From the human T2T-CHM13v2.0 reference genome, Homo sapiens: a stretch of 64,000 nucleotides of DNA. The notes below the pieces were generated by a model. That model did no database searches. It was not told the DNA's origin and saw only the letters and a list, made by a program, of their open reading frames with translations. Made by a program: the position numbers and the translations under genes. This document shows positions 61,362-64,000 of the stretch, one piece after another. Location of the stretch: the NCBI RefSeq assembly GCF_009914755.1, contig NC_060925.1. One strand, given 5' to 3'. Positions within the stretch are counted from its first letter, which is position 1. Each line of letters opens with the position of its first letter.

Positions 61362-63789
61362 TAAATGTTAGTTTCCTATACTAATATTTTTTGTTGTTGT
61401 TGGAAAGAAGAAACTAAACAAATTTCCATTTGAAGATTTTTTAAAATCTTGATTTTGAAAGGTAAAGGTAAAGGAGATAGGAGAAAAAGGAAAAGATTCA
61501 AAAGAAATAGCAACTATCATTGTTAGTAGCATTTATGTAAAAGACACTGTGCATACCTTATATCATTTACTTGTAACAATAACTCTTTGAGACAGGTGTT
61601 ACTATTAGTTATTTGAAGATAAGGCAGCTATGTCTTAGAGGTTTACTGATGTGCCCACAATCACACAGAAGATTTATGCTCTAGTCTATCTGACCCTAAG
61701 CTTGTATATTTCTTCCTCCAACTCTGGTTGATGCCCTCCACGCTAAACTACCAGATTGGGAAAATGAGGAAAGGAGGAAAAAGGTGAGGAAAACAGACTA
61801 ACAGACAGAAGGGGCCTAAGGCATCATCTGCTTTTTCAGCCATAAACCGAAACTTCTATCTGTAGGGATAACATACAACATTTAATATCAAGAGTGTAAT
61901 GATAAAATATGACATCATTCTTACCACTGGTGCTGAAAAATGTCACTGATACTAGTTTGGAACAGTTTATAAACACAAAGTATATTAGTATTTCTAGTTA
62001 AACAATTATGAAAATGCTACTGATTGGACATTAAAATGTGGAGATAAATTCAAGATAATCCCCAAACAATGCAGAAATAAAGTAGTATGCAAAATGTTAG
62101 GACCATCCCCCAGCTCATCACTGTTTATGTTTATGTCAACAGAAGCTCCTCTCTTTATTTAAAAATCCATAAAGCGGTTCCCAATTTAGTATGTTACTTT
62201 TCAAAACTCTGCCAAACAAAATGCCCAAATCTTTCTGTAATTACATAGCAGTTACTGCCTTGTGCCTGCACAGACTCTGTGAATCCCAACTGTCTTCCCA
62301 CAAGCAACAGCAGGCTCTCCAAAAGAAAAACTTAATGTTTCATTTGGGGCAAATGTTTTTCCCTGCGCCATGCTTCGGTTTTCACTGTCATGGTACTTGG
62401 CCCCACTCTCCCTAATCATAGGTTTAAGGAGGATGAGGTCAGCCTTCCCTCTGTTGCTAAGGCTACTTGCTCATGGTTCCACTGAATTAAGGAGAACCCA
62501 CTGAAGTACACTACCACTTGTCACAATGCCTCACAGTTCCCTTCATCTCAGCATATTCCCAATTCCCTAAAACTTAGTGCAGGTTTTAGGACACATGAAA
62601 TAGATATCTTCCTTAGGTCCTTATCACAGGATTGTGATATTTGAAGGAAAACAATTAGCTTGGTGGATTTTGAGATCAGACAGGTAAATGTAAAAAGCTT
62701 TCCTTTTTGCTTATACAAAGTATCTCTAAAATATAAATTTTCCTTTGTTCAGACTAATCTGAATAAACTTGATGCTGACTGAGATAACTGCAGACATTCT
62801 TCAACAACAGTATCTTCCAGGTCAATTTGATGATACTCATTTCATCTGTATGTGCAGTGCAGATCTGGTCCAGAACTTAAAGTGAGAAAAATTATCACAT
62901 AACAGGGGAGTCTGAATGTGATCAATAAGCCAGGTCTCTCACTGACCCATCTGGGACAGAAATCAGATGCTCCTCTAGCCTGTGAGTGGATGAATGAGAA
63001 GAGTGAGTCTGCACAGAGTGAGTTATTGTGGTCAGATTCAGAGGAAGCTGAATTCTGTGTGGCTCTGTATTCACTGCGGTTCTATTTTACAAAGTTCTGG
63101 GTAGCTCACAGCCATTTTTGACATCAGCATGTGCTGGCTTTGCAGAATGGATACTAATCAGTTTGGCATCTTGGAATGTTGCATAGAGCTTGGGAATGAG
63201 AAACTAGAGGCAAGCAATCGGTAGAAGCACCTCAAATCTGTAACATCCTAAACTGAGGTACCACCTCCCATCAGAGTGTTATATCTCATAAGCTTCCCAG
63301 CCAAATATTCCCCTAGGGCCAGACCAGAAGTCAGCACTTCCAAAGAGATTCTATGGTACAATACAATCTGTTTGGAGACTTGCAGTCATTAGACCTGCCA
63401 CCCACTTGAACTCCCTGAGAGAAAACTCTGGTTGATGCCCTATTATCTTTTTTTTTTTTTTTGCTTGTTTTTTGCCTTGCTGATCCCTTTTTCTAGAGCC
63501 ATCCTTCTTTCCCAGGTTTTAGTTGATTTTTACTCTTCCTTCAAAACTGAGTTCAAACTAAGTGTCCACTCATCAAGAAGACATCCATATCCATACAACT
63601 GCCCCAATCTGATTTATAAATCATTTGGTTCTTCCCCAAACCCTTTAAAAGCCATTCAGATCACCTTACACTGCCCAGTAAAATGAATCATATTTATCTG
63701 TAAAAAAACACACATATCTAAATACACTTTTTTTCAGCCCTGATCTGGCTGGTTCTTATTTTAAAAAATGCATTAGAAGAATATGCTTG

Positions 63790-63920
63790 TACAGCCTCTC
63801 TGTACCTCAGTTCTCTCACCTGTAAAGTGGTATAATAACAGTGCATATCTGATAGGGTCATTTTGAAGCTTAAACCAGAAAATGAATGTGAAGTTCTTAG
63901 AAGAACCACGAGCTCTTATT
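63790..63920. mobile_element. MIR fragment
   Basis: ctctctgtacctcagttctctcacctgtaaagtggtataataac. Confidence 0.6.
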
Positions 63921-64000
63921 ATTATGTGTGGAATTTATAAATAAATGTAATTTTGAGTAAGTCAATCACTTTAAACACATTTCTTCTTCTGGGAAATAGA

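Overview
CpG-depleted, repeat-rich primate genomic DNA, almost certainly human because it carries an L1HS-type LINE-1. It is intronic or intergenic: I recognise no host protein-coding exon, and nearly all ORFs in the supplied track are Alu, L1 or low-complexity artefacts. The dominant feature is a young LINE-1 on the minus strand (25919-29703, 3785 bp) with atypical architecture. It has a complete 5'UTR, an open ORF1 and an intact antisense ORF0, but ORF2 is cut after codon 600. There is no 3'UTR or poly(A) tail, yet a perfect 14-bp target-site duplication (GATTTTGTAATCCC) sits directly against both ends. This fits retrotransposition by internal priming, and it leaves a promoter-driven ORF1 plus an endonuclease-containing, RT-less ORF2 fragment (606 aa). 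The element is nested in an ancient L1M of the same orientation. The rest is a mosaic of about 14 Alu-family copies, old L1M/L2/MIR fragments, MaLR LTRs and hAT/Tigger DNA-transposon fossils. I also found an 89-bp dispersed local duplication of an LTR junction, small tandem duplications and some candidate plus-strand splice sites. Subfamily calls come from recalled consensus sequences, not from a database run.
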